Shown here: positions 1-9,085 of the stretch, in pieces | How positions within the stretch are numbered: position 1 is the first letter of the stretch | Layout of the letters: every line of letters starts with the position of its first letter | Position numbers and translations under genes: made by a program | Source: Acidobacteriota bacterium | Lineage (GTDB): Bacteria > Acidobacteriota > UBA890 > WLXD01 | Direction of reading: 5' to 3' | NCBI GenBank assembly: GCA_965248695.1 | Contig: CBDFKD010000002.1 | Span: forward strand, 3,360,001 to 3,424,000 | Length of the DNA: 64,000 nt | Notes under the pieces: generated by a model | Told to the model about the DNA's origin: nothing | Database searches by the model: none | The model's input: only the letters and a program-made list of their open reading frames with translations

Positions 1-3000
1 GCACGCGCCGCGCAGATCAACGTCCTGGGTATCGACGAGGCATTCGCCGAAATGTTTGCCGAGCCGACCACGTCCGAGGTGTTTCAGCACCAGACCGGCG
101 TCACCCCGCCTGCATTGAGCTTCGCGCGCGCCAGCGGCCAGTTATTCCCATCGATCGTCATCAACACAGCGCTGCAGCGCGAGCTCGGAGCCGAGCTCGG
201 CGACCAGCTGCTGGTTCGCTTCCGGCTCGGAAGTGAGGTGCCGAGAGACACGCTGCTCGGTAGCCGCGAGACCGAGGATGTCGTCGGAACGATACGCACG
301 AGCCTGATACGGGTCGTGCCCGATCGTGGGATCGGTCGTTTCGACCTCAACCCCCATCAGGCCTCTCCGCTAAGCGCGTTCCTGTCGCTCGATGATCTAC
401 AAACCGCGCTCGAGCAGGAGGGACGTGTCAACTCGTTGTTGCTGGACCGGCGTGGGGACAGCAACACCGATGCGGATCTGCTGCTGGTGGACACGCTGAC
501 CCTCGCTGATGTCGGGCTCGAGCTACGCCCGATCGAGCAGCCATCGGGGACGACGCTCATCGAGATCGAGAGCGACGGGTTCGTCCTTCGGCCAGCTCTG
601 GTCGACACCATCGAGGCCACCGCGGTGGACCTCGGCGCATCCGCGCAGCGTCTGCAGCTGTACATGTCGAACGGCCTGACAATCGCTGACCGGCAGACGC
701 CGTACTCGATGGTGCTGGCGATGGAGATCGTGGACGACGCGACACCGTTTGACGGTCTCCAGCTGGCTGGTGGCGGGCCGGTGCCGGCACTGGCAGACGA
801 CGAGATTCTGCTCAACGAATGGACCGCTACCGACCTCGGCGCTGAGGTGGGTGACGAGCTGCGAATGACCTACTACGTCGTCGGGCTCGACGAGCAGCTA
901 CGGTCCGAAGAGACCGCCTTTCGAGTTGCCGGCGTCGTCGCGATGCACGGGCTGGCGGTCGACAACGAGCTCACCCCCGAGTATCCGGGCATCGAGGGGG
1001 TCGACAACATTGCCGACTGGGAGCCACCGTTCCCCGTCGATCTGAGCGTCATCCGCGACGTCGACGAGGAGTACTGGGACGCCTACCGTGGTACGCCGAA
1101 GTCCTTCGTTACCGCCAGCACCGGCAGGCGGCTGTGGAGCACGCGCTACGGTGCCACGACCACCGTCCGGGTGGCGCTACCCGCGGGCGCCGATGCCGCG
1201 ACGTTTGCCACCGAGCTGGGCTCGAAGCTGCTGCAACGACTGCAACCCGCCGACTACGGTTTCAGGTTCGTCGACATCAAGGCGCAGGGTCTCGAGGCGG
1301 CGGCGGGGGCTAACGACTTCGGCCAACTGTTCCTCGCCTTCAGCTTCTTCCTCATCCTGTCGGCGCTAATGATCGTCGGCCTGCTGTTCACGCTCGGCAT
1401 CGAACGGCGCGGCAAGGAGATCGGACTGCTGCTGTCGGTCGGTTATCCGCTCAAGAGGGTGCAGCGGAGATTCCTCGTCGAGGGGACGGTGATCGCGCTG
1501 CTGGGCGGCGCCGCCGGGCTGGGCGCGGCAGTGTTGTACGGCAACCTCATGCTGTGGGGGTTGCGGACGATCTGGCTGGCGGCGGTGGGCTCGCCGCTCC
1601 TGTACCTGCACGTGTTGCCGGCCACACTTCTCGTCGGGCTCGTTATTTCCACCATGGCCGCTGTCGGCTCGATCTGGACAGCCGTGCGTCGTTTGCGGCG
1701 CCTGCCGCCGACCCGACTTCTAAGCGGCGTCACCCGCCTGCCTGCCGCCCAGCTCACGCAGCGGCGCCGGCCTTGGCTGGCGGCGACCTGCTTCGTCGCC
1801 GCGCTGGCGCTGCTGGCCTTCGCGCTCGCCGCTGGCCAGACGGCCAACCCGGCCATCGCTTTCGGCATCGGGGCGTTGCTGCTGATCGGCGGGCTGGCGA
1901 CGTTCGCAGCCTGGTGTCGGCGCCCGCACGGCCGCCTCAGCAGCGCCCGATTCGCGGCCGTCGGCATGGCAGTTCGGAGCAGTTCGTGGAACCCGAGCCG
2001 CAGCATCCTCAGTGTGGCGCTGGTGGCGTCGGCGTGCTTTGTCATCGTCACCGTGGCTGGCAACACGCGCGACCCGGGCCGCGAGGCCCACGTCATCGAG
2101 GAGGGTGCCGGCGGCTACGAGCTGATGGCAGTCGCCGACGTCCCGGTTCATCAGAACCTCAACGACGCCGCGGGACGCTTCGATCTCGGTTTCGACGCTG
2201 ATGCCGAGACGTACATGGACGCCGTGCGCATAGAGCAACTCCGGCTGGTGCCGGGCGACGACGCTAGCTGCCTCAACCTGTACCAACCGCGTCGACCGCG
2301 ATTGCTCGGGGTCCCGGACAGCCACATCGATCGAGGCGGCTTCCGATTCGCACAAGTGAGCGCCGACCTGGATTCGACCGGCAACCCATGGGAGCTACTA
2401 CGCACCGACCTGGGCCCCGGTGTGATCCCCGCCATCGGCGACGCCAACTCGATGCAGTGGATTCTCAAGCTACCGGTCGACGGTGAGCTGATGATCGAGG
2501 ACGAGCACGGCGAGCCGCTAATGCTACGACTGGTCGGAACGGTGCAGGAGAGCATCTTCCAGAGCGAGCTGCTGATCTCCGAGGCCAACCTGTTGCGCTA
2601 CTTCCCGAGTCGAAGTGGCTTCTCGTACTTCCTCATCGATACGCCCGCCGGGCGCCACTCGGAGGTCACCGCGGCGCTGGAGGACCGGCTCGACCGGTTC
2701 GGTTTCGACGTCACCCGAACGGCCGACAGGATTGCCGGCTTCCTGGTAGTGCAGAACACCTACCTGTCGACATTCCAGGCGCTGGGAGGGCTAGGCTTGC
2801 TGCTCGGCACCATGGGACTGGGCATCGTCCTGGTGCGCAACGTGATCGAGCGCCGCGGTGAGCTCGCCACGCTGCGCGCCTTCGGGTTCCGGCGTGCTTT
2901 TCTGTCGCGCATGGTGCTCGCAGAAAACGCGTTTCTGCTCACCGTTGGCACGCTGATCGGCACCGTGGCGGCGCTGCTGGCGATCGCCCCGCGGTTCGCC

Positions 3001-3141
3001 CTCGGGACGTCCGAGCTACCGTGGGCCGCCCTGCTACCGACCCTGGCTGCAGTCCTCGTGGTCGGCATGCTCGCAAGCCTGGTTGCCGTGCTCGGCGCGC
3101 TGCGCGTGCCGCTGCTCCCGGCCCTCAAGGCGGAGCGTTGA
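1..3141 (+). CDS. ABC transporter permease, FtsX/MacB-like with two FtsX domains (5' partial)
   Basis: Frame open from base 1. Two FtsX signatures (IERRGKEIGLLLSVG; IERRGELATLRAFG), each followed by 3 TM helices, separated by large periplasmic domains. Confidence 0.9.
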   Translation, partial: ARAAQINVLGIDEAFAEMFAEPTTSEVFQHQTGVTPPALSFARASGQLFPSIVINTALQRELGAELGDQLLVRFRLGSEVPRDTLLGSRETEDVVGTIRTSLIRVVPDRGIGRFDLNPHQASPLSAFLSLDDLQTALEQEGRVNSLLLDRRGDSNTDADLLLVDTLTLADVGLELRPIEQPSGTTLIEIESDGFVLRPALVDTIEATAVDLGASAQRLQLYMSNGLTIADRQTPYSMVLAMEIVDDATPFDGLQLAGGGPVPALADDEILLNEWTATDLGAEVGDELRMTYYVVGLDEQLRSEETAFRVAGVVAMHGLAVDNELTPEYPGIEGVDNIADWEPPFPVDLSVIRDVDEEYWDAYRGTPKSFVTASTGRRLWSTRYGATTTVRVALPAGADAATFATELGSKLLQRLQPADYGFRFVDIKAQGLEAAAGANDFGQLFLAFSFFLILSALMIVGLLFTLGIERRGKEIGLLLSVGYPLKRVQRRFLVEGTVIALLGGAAGLGAAVLYGNLMLWGLRTIWLAAVGSPLLYLHVLPATLLVGLVISTMAAVGSIWTAVRRLRRLPPTRLLSGVTRLPAAQLTQRRRPWLAATCFVAALALLAFALAAGQTANPAIAFGIGALLLIGGLATFAAWCRRPHGRLSSARFAAVGMAVRSSSWNPSRSILSVALVASACFVIVTVAGNTRDPGREAHVIEEGAGGYELMAVADVPVHQNLNDAAGRFDLGFDADAETYMDAVRIEQLRLVPGDDASCLNLYQPRRPRLLGVPDSHIDRGGFRFAQVSADLDSTGNPWELLRTDLGPGVIPAIGDANSMQWILKLPVDGELMIEDEHGEPLMLRLVGTVQESIFQSELLISEANLLRYFPSRSGFSYFLIDTPAGRHSEVTAALEDRLDRFGFDVTRTADRIAGFLVVQNTYLSTFQALGGLGLLLGTMGLGIVLVRNVIERRGELATLRAFGFRRAFLSRMVLAENAFLLTVGTLIGTVAALLAIAPRFALGTSELPWAALLPTLAAVLVVGMLASLVAVLGALRVPLLPALKAER

Positions 3142-3470
3142 TGACCGGCGACGAACCGAGCGCCTGGCACGAGGTATACGACATCGTGCGGCAGATCCCC
3201 TCCGGGCGAGTGATGAACTACGGTCAGGTGGCCGAGCTTCATTCGCGGCCATTGACCCCGCGCGCTGTCGGCTGGGCCATGCACGACTGCCCGGACGACG
3301 TTCCGTGGCATCGAGTCGTGAACGTGCGCGGAGAGTGCTCGACCGACCGCGTCACACCAACTGCCCCGGGGCGCCAGCGGGGGCGACTGGAAGCCGAGGG
3401 GGTGCGGTTCGGTACCGATGGACGGGTCGACATGGCGTGTCACCGCTGGCGACCGGACGACGACCTCTAG
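3141..3470 (+). CDS. Alkyltransferase-like (ATL, YbaZ/Atl1-type) O6-alkylguanine-binding protein
   Basis: VRQIPSGRVMNYGQVA..PRAVGWAM..VPWHRVVN; Trp replaces the catalytic Cys of PCHR. ATG overlaps the permease stop (TGATG). True start is 3141, not 3021. Confidence 0.9.
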   Translation: MTGDEPSAWHEVYDIVRQIPSGRVMNYGQVAELHSRPLTPRAVGWAMHDCPDDVPWHRVVNVRGECSTDRVTPTAPGRQRGRLEAEGVRFGTDGRVDMACHRWRPDDDL

Positions 3471-4933
3471 TGGCCTGTATCTTTCGATGGCAGACGTACC
3501 GATTCGTCGCCGGGCGTGGCCGGCTCGTCGCTGATCTCAGTCAAGGCGCGATCGAACGCAACCACGGTGGCGTCGATATCGGCGGAGCTCGTGCGGTAGT
3601 TGCAGATGCAGGCACGCACCACCTCCGCCCCGCTCGGCAACCGAACCGTCGAGGCCCAGGCCTGGCCCGAGGCAACGACCCGCGCCACCACCTCGGACGC
3701 CGTGACAAGCCCCGATTCAATCCGAGGATGGCTGAAGCAGACCAGCGGCAGCGGCGTACGGTTGCACAACAACCAGCCGGACTCCTGCAGCCGCTCCCGT
3801 AGCCTCTGGCCCATTTCGGCCTGGTGGTCGACGCGCTCACCGTAGCCCTGCAGTCCGACCTCGGCCAGCGCCATGAACACCTTCAACCCGATGAACCGCC
3901 GACTCCATTGCCAAGAAACCATGTACGGGTCGTCGGCACCCTCGGGGCTGGGCGGTATGTACGTTGCGTCGACCTCGAAAGCCGCCCGTACCGCCGCCGG
4001 GCGGCGGCTGAAGAACATGCCCGCGGCCATCGGCACCGAGAGCCACTTGTGGGCGTCCCAGGTCATCGAATCCGCCGACTCGATTCCGGCGAGTACCGGC
4101 CTGAGACGCTCCGACAGCAAAGCCCCACCACCCCAGGCAGCGTCGGCGTGCATCCAGAGATGCTCTTCGCGGGCGATCTCAGCGATCGATTCGAGCGGAT
4201 CAATCACTCCCGTCGAGGTCGTACCAGCGGTGGCAACCACCAGAAACGGATGCTCGCCGCGCGCCCGGTCTCGGCGCAGCTGCTCGCGCAGCGCCGACAC
4301 ATCCATGCGGAAGTCGTCGTCGACCGGAACCCGCCGCACCGCGTTGCGGCCCAGGCCGCAGGCCACGGCGATCTTCGGAAAGCTATCGTGACCCTGTGTC
4401 GAGAGATACAGGGTCGGCTGCGCCGGTAGCGCCCGCAGCCCGGTCTTCGGCAGCGACGGGAAGGCGGCAACCAGCGCCGCAAGGGTTGCAGTCCCGTTTG
4501 CCTCGGCCCCGCCGCTGGTGAAATGGGCCATGCCACCATCGAGATCGAGGTCGAAGAGTCGCCCCAGCGCCACGAGTACCAAGCGCTCGATCTCCTGGGC
4601 AGCGGGCGAATGGTCCCACGCTGCGAGCTGTGGATTGAACAGCGCCACGAGCGCGTCGGCAACCACCGTGATCGCTGGTACCGCCGGATTGAACAGGCCG
4701 AAATAGCGCGGGTGCGTCACCTGCACCGTCTCGGCCTTCAGACGCTCGATCACCCGCGTGACGAGCTCGTCGACGGAGGTCGGGCGCGACAGGTCGAAGA
4801 GAGCGCCGATCCGGGATCGAACCTCGTGCACGGCGCGCGGCTCGGAGACCGGCCCCTCAGCGACCTTCGCGTTCGTCGCCGACACGACCTGGCGCAGGCG
4901 CCGCAGCGCCGCCGCCAGCTCTGCCTCAGACAT
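3467..4933 (-). CDS. Group II pyridoxal-phosphate-dependent (aromatic amino acid/glutamate-type) decarboxylase
   Basis: HPRYFGLF, FTSGGAEAN, ATAGTTSTGVIDP, HADAAWGG, DAHKW (PLP lysine). Start ATG 4933 overlaps the Ada stop by 8 nt. Confidence 0.88.
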   Translation of the reverse strand: MSEAELAAALRRLRQVVSATNAKVAEGPVSEPRAVHEVRSRIGALFDLSRPTSVDELVTRVIERLKAETVQVTHPRYFGLFNPAVPAITVVADALVALFNPQLAAWDHSPAAQEIERLVLVALGRLFDLDLDGGMAHFTSGGAEANGTATLAALVAAFPSLPKTGLRALPAQPTLYLSTQGHDSFPKIAVACGLGRNAVRRVPVDDDFRMDVSALREQLRRDRARGEHPFLVVATAGTTSTGVIDPLESIAEIAREEHLWMHADAAWGGGALLSERLRPVLAGIESADSMTWDAHKWLSVPMAAGMFFSRRPAAVRAAFEVDATYIPPSPEGADDPYMVSWQWSRRFIGLKVFMALAEVGLQGYGERVDHQAEMGQRLRERLQESGWLLCNRTPLPLVCFSHPRIESGLVTASEVVARVVASGQAWASTVRLPSGAEVVRACICNYRTSSADIDATVVAFDRALTEISDEPATPGDESVRLPSKDTGH

Positions 4934-5792
4934 ACCCGGCCGCCAGCTCGCTGTCAGCCACGTACGGCGGCCTGTGGGCGGCTTCCCAGCCGAGCATCGC
5001 GATCTTACGGGCCGGGTCCCAGCGGTAGCCACCGAAGTCACCGTCGGCGCGCAAAACGCGATGGCAGGGAATCAGAAAGGCGATCCGGTTGCTGGCGATT
5101 GCGCTCGCTACTGCGCGCCGTGCCGTGGGCTTGCCGATCGCCGTCGCGACGTCGCCGTACGATACGACCGAGCCGTGCGGAACTGCCAGCAAAGCGCTCC
5201 ACACCTGGATCTGGAAATTGGTACCGCGCAGCAGCAGCCGAACCGGAGACTCGGTGCGATCGAAGGCGAACGCCCGAGATGCCGCCGTCGCGGTGCCGGC
5301 ATCGTCACGCAGCAGCTCCGCTGCCCGCCAGTCGCCGGCAAGATCGTCGACCGCAGCGCCGCGCCCGCGATCATCGATGAACGTCAGGGCCACGATTCCA
5401 CGTTCGCTCGCGGCGATCAGAAAATCGCCGAAGCTGGATTCATGGAACCCGTAGCGCAGCTCCAGACCGGCACCGCCAGACTTGTATTCACCGGGTGTGA
5501 CCGCTTCGGCGCTGACGAACAGGTCGTGCAGCCTGGAGGGCCCGGAAAGACCGGTCTCGAACGACGCCTCGAGCACCGACGCCGATTCGCGCAGGAGCCG
5601 CTTGGCGTGCTGCACGGTGACGAACTGGAGGAAGCGCTTTGGCGACACGCCGGCCCAATGCCGGAACAACCGCTGGAAATGGAACTTGCTGAGCCCGACG
5701 TGCGCCGCGACGTCGTCCAGCTGAGGCTGCTCGTCGGCGTGAGCGCGCAGATAGCGGATGGCTTCCTGAATGCGGCAATAATCGGCGTTCAT
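4926..5792 (-). CDS. ada: Bifunctional AraC-type HTH / methylated-DNA-protein-cysteine methyltransferase (Ada-like, no N-terminal Zn domain)
   Basis: LSKFHFQRLFRHWAGVSPK HTH; GTNFQIQVW, SYGDVA, IPCHRV active site. GGGGA RBS before ATG 5792 (alternative GTG 5816). Confidence 0.88.
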   Translation of the reverse strand: MNADYCRIQEAIRYLRAHADEQPQLDDVAAHVGLSKFHFQRLFRHWAGVSPKRFLQFVTVQHAKRLLRESASVLEASFETGLSGPSRLHDLFVSAEAVTPGEYKSGGAGLELRYGFHESSFGDFLIAASERGIVALTFIDDRGRGAAVDDLAGDWRAAELLRDDAGTATAASRAFAFDRTESPVRLLLRGTNFQIQVWSALLAVPHGSVVSYGDVATAIGKPTARRAVASAIASNRIAFLIPCHRVLRADGDFGGYRWDPARKIAMLGWEAAHRPPYVADSELAAGYV

Positions 5793-5944
5793 CGCGTCCC
5801 CGTCCGGAAATGTCACGTTGTCAGAATGAAGCCTACGCTAAGCCCGACGCCGATTGAGAGCGACCCGATAGTTGCTTCTTGCGAGGGTTAACGTCGACGG
5901 GCTGAAACTTCCACCGCTGTTTGCGCGAATAAGTAGATACGGGA

Positions 5945-5973
5945 GCAACCGAAACCGCTGCTCGCGCGTCTAA
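5945..5973 (+). promoter_or_regulatory. Putative ECF sigma-factor promoter (GCAAC-N17-CGTC)
   Basis: GCAACC at 5945-5950, 16-nt spacer, CGTCTAA at 5967-5973; matches the general ECF AAC...CGT pattern. Confidence 0.45.
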
Positions 5974-6003
5974 CACGACAGGAAAGGCAATCAGACTACG
6001 AAG

Positions 6004-6046
6004 CCCGGGTCGTCGGGCCGGAGCACGGGGGGCTCGACGACCCGGG
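6004..6046 (+). other. 16-bp GC-rich stem-loop in a putative 5' leader or sRNA
   Basis: cccgggtcgtcgggcc / ggctcgacgacccggg (15 Watson-Crick pairs + 1 G-U on the + strand), loop ggagcacgggg, no U-tract. Confidence 0.6.
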
Positions 6047-6064
6047 ACATGAAGGACTAGTGAA

Positions 6065-6211
6065 ATGGTAGATCAGGTCATCCCACTGGCACTCGCGGCG
6101 CTGGCGCTATGGTCCGGCTGGACCGTTGTCAGAACAGCGATCGAGTTGCGCCGTGAGCTGGCGGGGGTGCAGGTTCGGCGCGCGTCGCGACTTCCTGGTC
6201 GCCTGCGCTAA
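6065..6211 (+). CDS. Small membrane protein, 48 aa (below the ORF-track cutoff)
   Basis: AAGGA 8 nt before ATG. MVDQVIPLALAALALWSGWTVVRTAIELRRELAGVQVRRASRLPGRLR*: hydrophobic helix plus Arg-rich tail. Stop overlaps the stop of the convergent gene. Confidence 0.55.
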   Translation: MVDQVIPLALAALALWSGWTVVRTAIELRRELAGVQVRRASRLPGRLR

Positions 6212-7611
6212 CCGGCAGCCTGCGTCGGCAGGCCTGCCTGGTTCCAGGCTGCCATCCCGCCGTCGACGTTGAGCACACCAGAGCGCCCGTGGCGCTCTAG
6301 CAGGCTGGCTACCACGGTGGACTGAAACCCGGTGCTGCACACAACGGCCACCGGCGCATTGCCGTTCGGCACCTCGTCGAGCCGGCGCGCAACGCGTCCC
6401 GCCGGGATGTTGGCAGCCTGGTTGATATGCCCCGCACCCCAAACCGCCTCACCGCGCACGTCGAGCACGGCCACGCCGCCGTCCGCGAGCTTGGCGGCCA
6501 GCACGTCGGGCTCGATCTGGGCAGTTGCCGCGACCGGAAAGGCCGAAGCGCTCCAGGCGTCGACACCACCCTCCAAGTAGCCTCGGACGTCATCGAGACC
6601 CACCCGAACCAGTCCTCGATACCAGGCATCGTTGGCGTGTCCCGCGTCGTCGACCATGAGCAGCAGCGGGGTGTCGTAGGGAACCGTCAAGGCCGCCCAC
6701 ATGCCCGGCCGATGGCCGACGAAGTACGAGCCCGGCACGTGGCCGGCGGCAAAAGCCTCTTTCGTTCGCAAGTCCACCACCGCATGGCCCTGGTCGCGCA
6801 ACTCCGCGAAACGACAGGCGCCCATGGCCGGTACTGGCGGCGAATCGAGCAAGCTCGCCGGACCGTCGGCGTTGAGTTGCTTCATCCGCCGGTAGTAGTT
6901 CGGGAAGAGCGGCACCTCGTCCAGCACCTTGGTGACGAACTGGTCGCGCTGCATCGGTTGAAGGTAGGGATTCGCCAGTCGCTCGTATCCGAGCGTCGAC
7001 AGCGGGCGCCCGCTAATGCCGGCGCCGCACATCGAACCCGAGCCATGTCCGGGGTGCACCTCGATCCCGTCCGGCAACCCCGGAAGCACGTTGGTGATGC
7101 TCTCGTACAGCTGATTGGCGAGGCCGATCTTGGCCTCCTCACCGAGCAGGTCAGGGCGACCGACCGATCCCACGAACACGAAGTCGCCACTCAGGAACAA
7201 CTGCGGCACTTCGCTGGAGCGGGCGCCGTCGAACACCAGAAAGGCCATGTGCTCGGGCGTATGCCCGGGCGTGTGCAGGGCACGAAATCCGACGACACCG
7301 AGGTTGAACGTATCGCCGTCGCGCAGCTCCGTATGCGGAAAGCTGACGTCGTACAGCTCGCCGGCGTCGTACGCCGAAAGCATGAGCTCGGCCCCGGTAG
7401 CCGCGGCCAGCTCTCGTGCTCCGGAGGCGAAGTCGGCGTGGATGTGGGTCTCCAACACGTAGGCGATGCGCAGATCATGCTGGCGGGCGAAACTCAGGTA
7501 GAGATCGACATCGCGTCGCGGATCGACGACCGCGACCCGGCCGTCGGCCGGGCATCCGACGACGTACGACATCTGCGACAAGTCAACGTCTTCGAAGCGT
7601 TCGAACAGCAT
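6208..7611 (-). CDS. MBL-fold persulfide dioxygenase-like hydrolase with two rhodanese domains (CstB/Blh-like)
   Basis: ETHIHADF, TPGHTPEH, SGDFVFVGSVGRPDL, PGHGSGSMCG; C-terminal rhodanese VCSTGFQS; GGAGG RBS. Confidence 0.9.
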   Translation of the reverse strand: MLFERFEDVDLSQMSYVVGCPADGRVAVVDPRRDVDLYLSFARQHDLRIAYVLETHIHADFASGARELAAATGAELMLSAYDAGELYDVSFPHTELRDGDTFNLGVVGFRALHTPGHTPEHMAFLVFDGARSSEVPQLFLSGDFVFVGSVGRPDLLGEEAKIGLANQLYESITNVLPGLPDGIEVHPGHGSGSMCGAGISGRPLSTLGYERLANPYLQPMQRDQFVTKVLDEVPLFPNYYRRMKQLNADGPASLLDSPPVPAMGACRFAELRDQGHAVVDLRTKEAFAAGHVPGSYFVGHRPGMWAALTVPYDTPLLLMVDDAGHANDAWYRGLVRVGLDDVRGYLEGGVDAWSASAFPVAATAQIEPDVLAAKLADGGVAVLDVRGEAVWGAGHINQAANIPAGRVARRLDEVPNGNAPVAVVCSTGFQSTVVASLLERHGRSGVLNVDGGMAAWNQAGLPTQAAG

Positions 7612-7688
7612 TTCGCCTTCCTCCCGAATGAGAGGTTGATTCTATCCGAGCATCGGCGCCGCAGCCGCCGTCCAGGCAGGCCGTGGTG

Positions 7689-7784
7689 CTAGCAGGCCGT
7701 GGTGAAAGTGTGCGTCAGGCTGCCTCGCATCTGGCCCCAACTCGCCGTAACCAGACCCACCACACTTTCACCACGGCCTGCTAG
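7689..7784. mobile_element. MITE-like element (family A), 96 bp with a perfect 24-bp terminal inverted repeat including CTAG ends
   Basis: ctagcaggccgtggtgaaagtgtg (7689-7712) is the exact reverse complement of cacactttcaccacggcctgctag (7761-7784). Intergenic; partial copies at 7676, 10702, 11962 and 36719. Confidence 0.75.
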
Positions 7785-7795
7785 AGTCTCGGCCC

Positions 7796-8047
7796 ATGGC
7801 GCGTTACGAGATCGAGCTCAGCGACGACACCGTCATCGAGGCGGACGACGCCCGCTTCCTGTGCGACGGCAAGTTCATCGAGCTCATACCGCGCAAGACT
7901 GCCGCCATCGAAGGCGAGCCGGCGACGGTCGTGATCAACAGCTCCCACGTGGTCGCCATCGAGCACAAGAAGATCGGCTTCAGCGGCGGCTATCGGTTCG
8001 GCGGCGACAAGGATTCCTCGTTCGCCAAGACCGAGGGCTCGGTCTGA
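7796..8047 (+). CDS. Hypothetical protein, 83 aa
   Basis: Strong GC3 codon bias, beta-rich pattern, fills the gap between genes; no RBS, possibly leaderless. Confidence 0.7.
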   Translation: MARYEIELSDDTVIEADDARFLCDGKFIELIPRKTAAIEGEPATVVINSSHVVAIEHKKIGFSGGYRFGGDKDSSFAKTEGSV

Positions 8048-8113
8048 CCTCCGCGCACGAGTGCACTGCCCGCTCGAGGCCCGGTCGGTAGGTGTACGCC
8101 ACTGCCCGGGATG

Positions 8114-9085
8114 TCAGCGAACGCCGACGAAGCGCACCTCGAAGAGGCGCGGCCAGAGCTTGCCGGTGATGAACGTCCGACCGCTCGCTGCGTCGTAGGC
8201 GATACCGTTGAGCACCGCTTCGGGGTCGCGGATCAGGTCGGCGTCGATGATCCCCGACATGTCGATCCGTCCGAGCACCTCGCCGGTTCGCGGCGAGACC
8301 CGCAAGATATCGTCGCTATGCCAAACGTTGGCATATATCTCGCCGTCGATGTACTCGAGCTCGTTAATCTGATCGACTGGGGTGCCATCGTCCCGGACCT
8401 CGAGCTGCCGCACCGGCGACACGGTCTCGGGATCGAGGAAGTAGAGGAAGGCGCTACCGTCGCTCATGATCAGCTGTGCGCCATCATGGGTCAGGCCCCA
8501 ACCCTCGGTGAACTGCCGAAACCGCCCCACGGTTGAGAAGCTCTCGAGGTCGTAGACAAAACCGACGCCCGATTGCCAGGTGAGCTGATAAACGCGCTGC
8601 CCGAGGATGGCGATTCCCTCACCGAAAAACGACGGCGCCAGCTCGACGGCTTCGAGCACGCGACCGGTCTCCAGCTCGACTTTGCGAAGTGCTGATTCGC
8701 CCCGGCGCCCGGTTCCCTCGTACAAGTACCCGGCGTGAAACACGAGCCCCTGCGTGAACGCGTCCGGATCATGAGGATAGCTGCGGACTACCTCGTAGGT
8801 CTGCTTGCGAGCAGCGGTGGCGACTTGCCGGGGCGACGCAGACTCGGCATCGCTGTCGGCGCCGGCATGCACGCTCAACACTGCAGGGGGCGGATCAACC
8901 TCCGCCGGTATCGCCTGGTCGCCGCTGTTGGAGGCCGCCGAGCACCCGAGCAAGCTCAGCGCCAGCACTGACGCGCCGACTCGAGCCGGGCCGTTCCGAG
9001 CGACGGTGCCGCTGTCGCCGACCATCCGTTCGACGTGGTCCAACCGGCCGTGGAACCGCTGGCGCTTCCTGTTCGTGCGGATCAT
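8114..9085 (-). CDS. Glutaminyl-peptide cyclotransferase (type I, beta-propeller), probable lipoprotein
   Basis: YPHDPDAFTQGL, EGTG, FGEG, EGWG, SDGS, NELE, NVW, LNGIA motifs; lipobox-like LLGC. ATG 9085 overlaps the upstream stop (ATGA); alternative start 9025. Confidence 0.9.
   Translation of the reverse strand: MIRTNRKRQRFHGRLDHVERMVGDSGTVARNGPARVGASVLALSLLGCSAASNSGDQAIPAEVDPPPAVLSVHAGADSDAESASPRQVATAARKQTYEVVRSYPHDPDAFTQGLVFHAGYLYEGTGRRGESALRKVELETGRVLEAVELAPSFFGEGIAILGQRVYQLTWQSGVGFVYDLESFSTVGRFRQFTEGWGLTHDGAQLIMSDGSAFLYFLDPETVSPVRQLEVRDDGTPVDQINELEYIDGEIYANVWHSDDILRVSPRTGEVLGRIDMSGIIDADLIRDPEAVLNGIAYDAASGRTFITGKLWPRLFEVRFVGVR

Noticed and set aside
5863-5875. Possible Ada box upstream of ada (GCAACTATCGGGT on the minus strand)
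   Set aside because: Only a GCAA core matches; it cannot be supported without comparative data.
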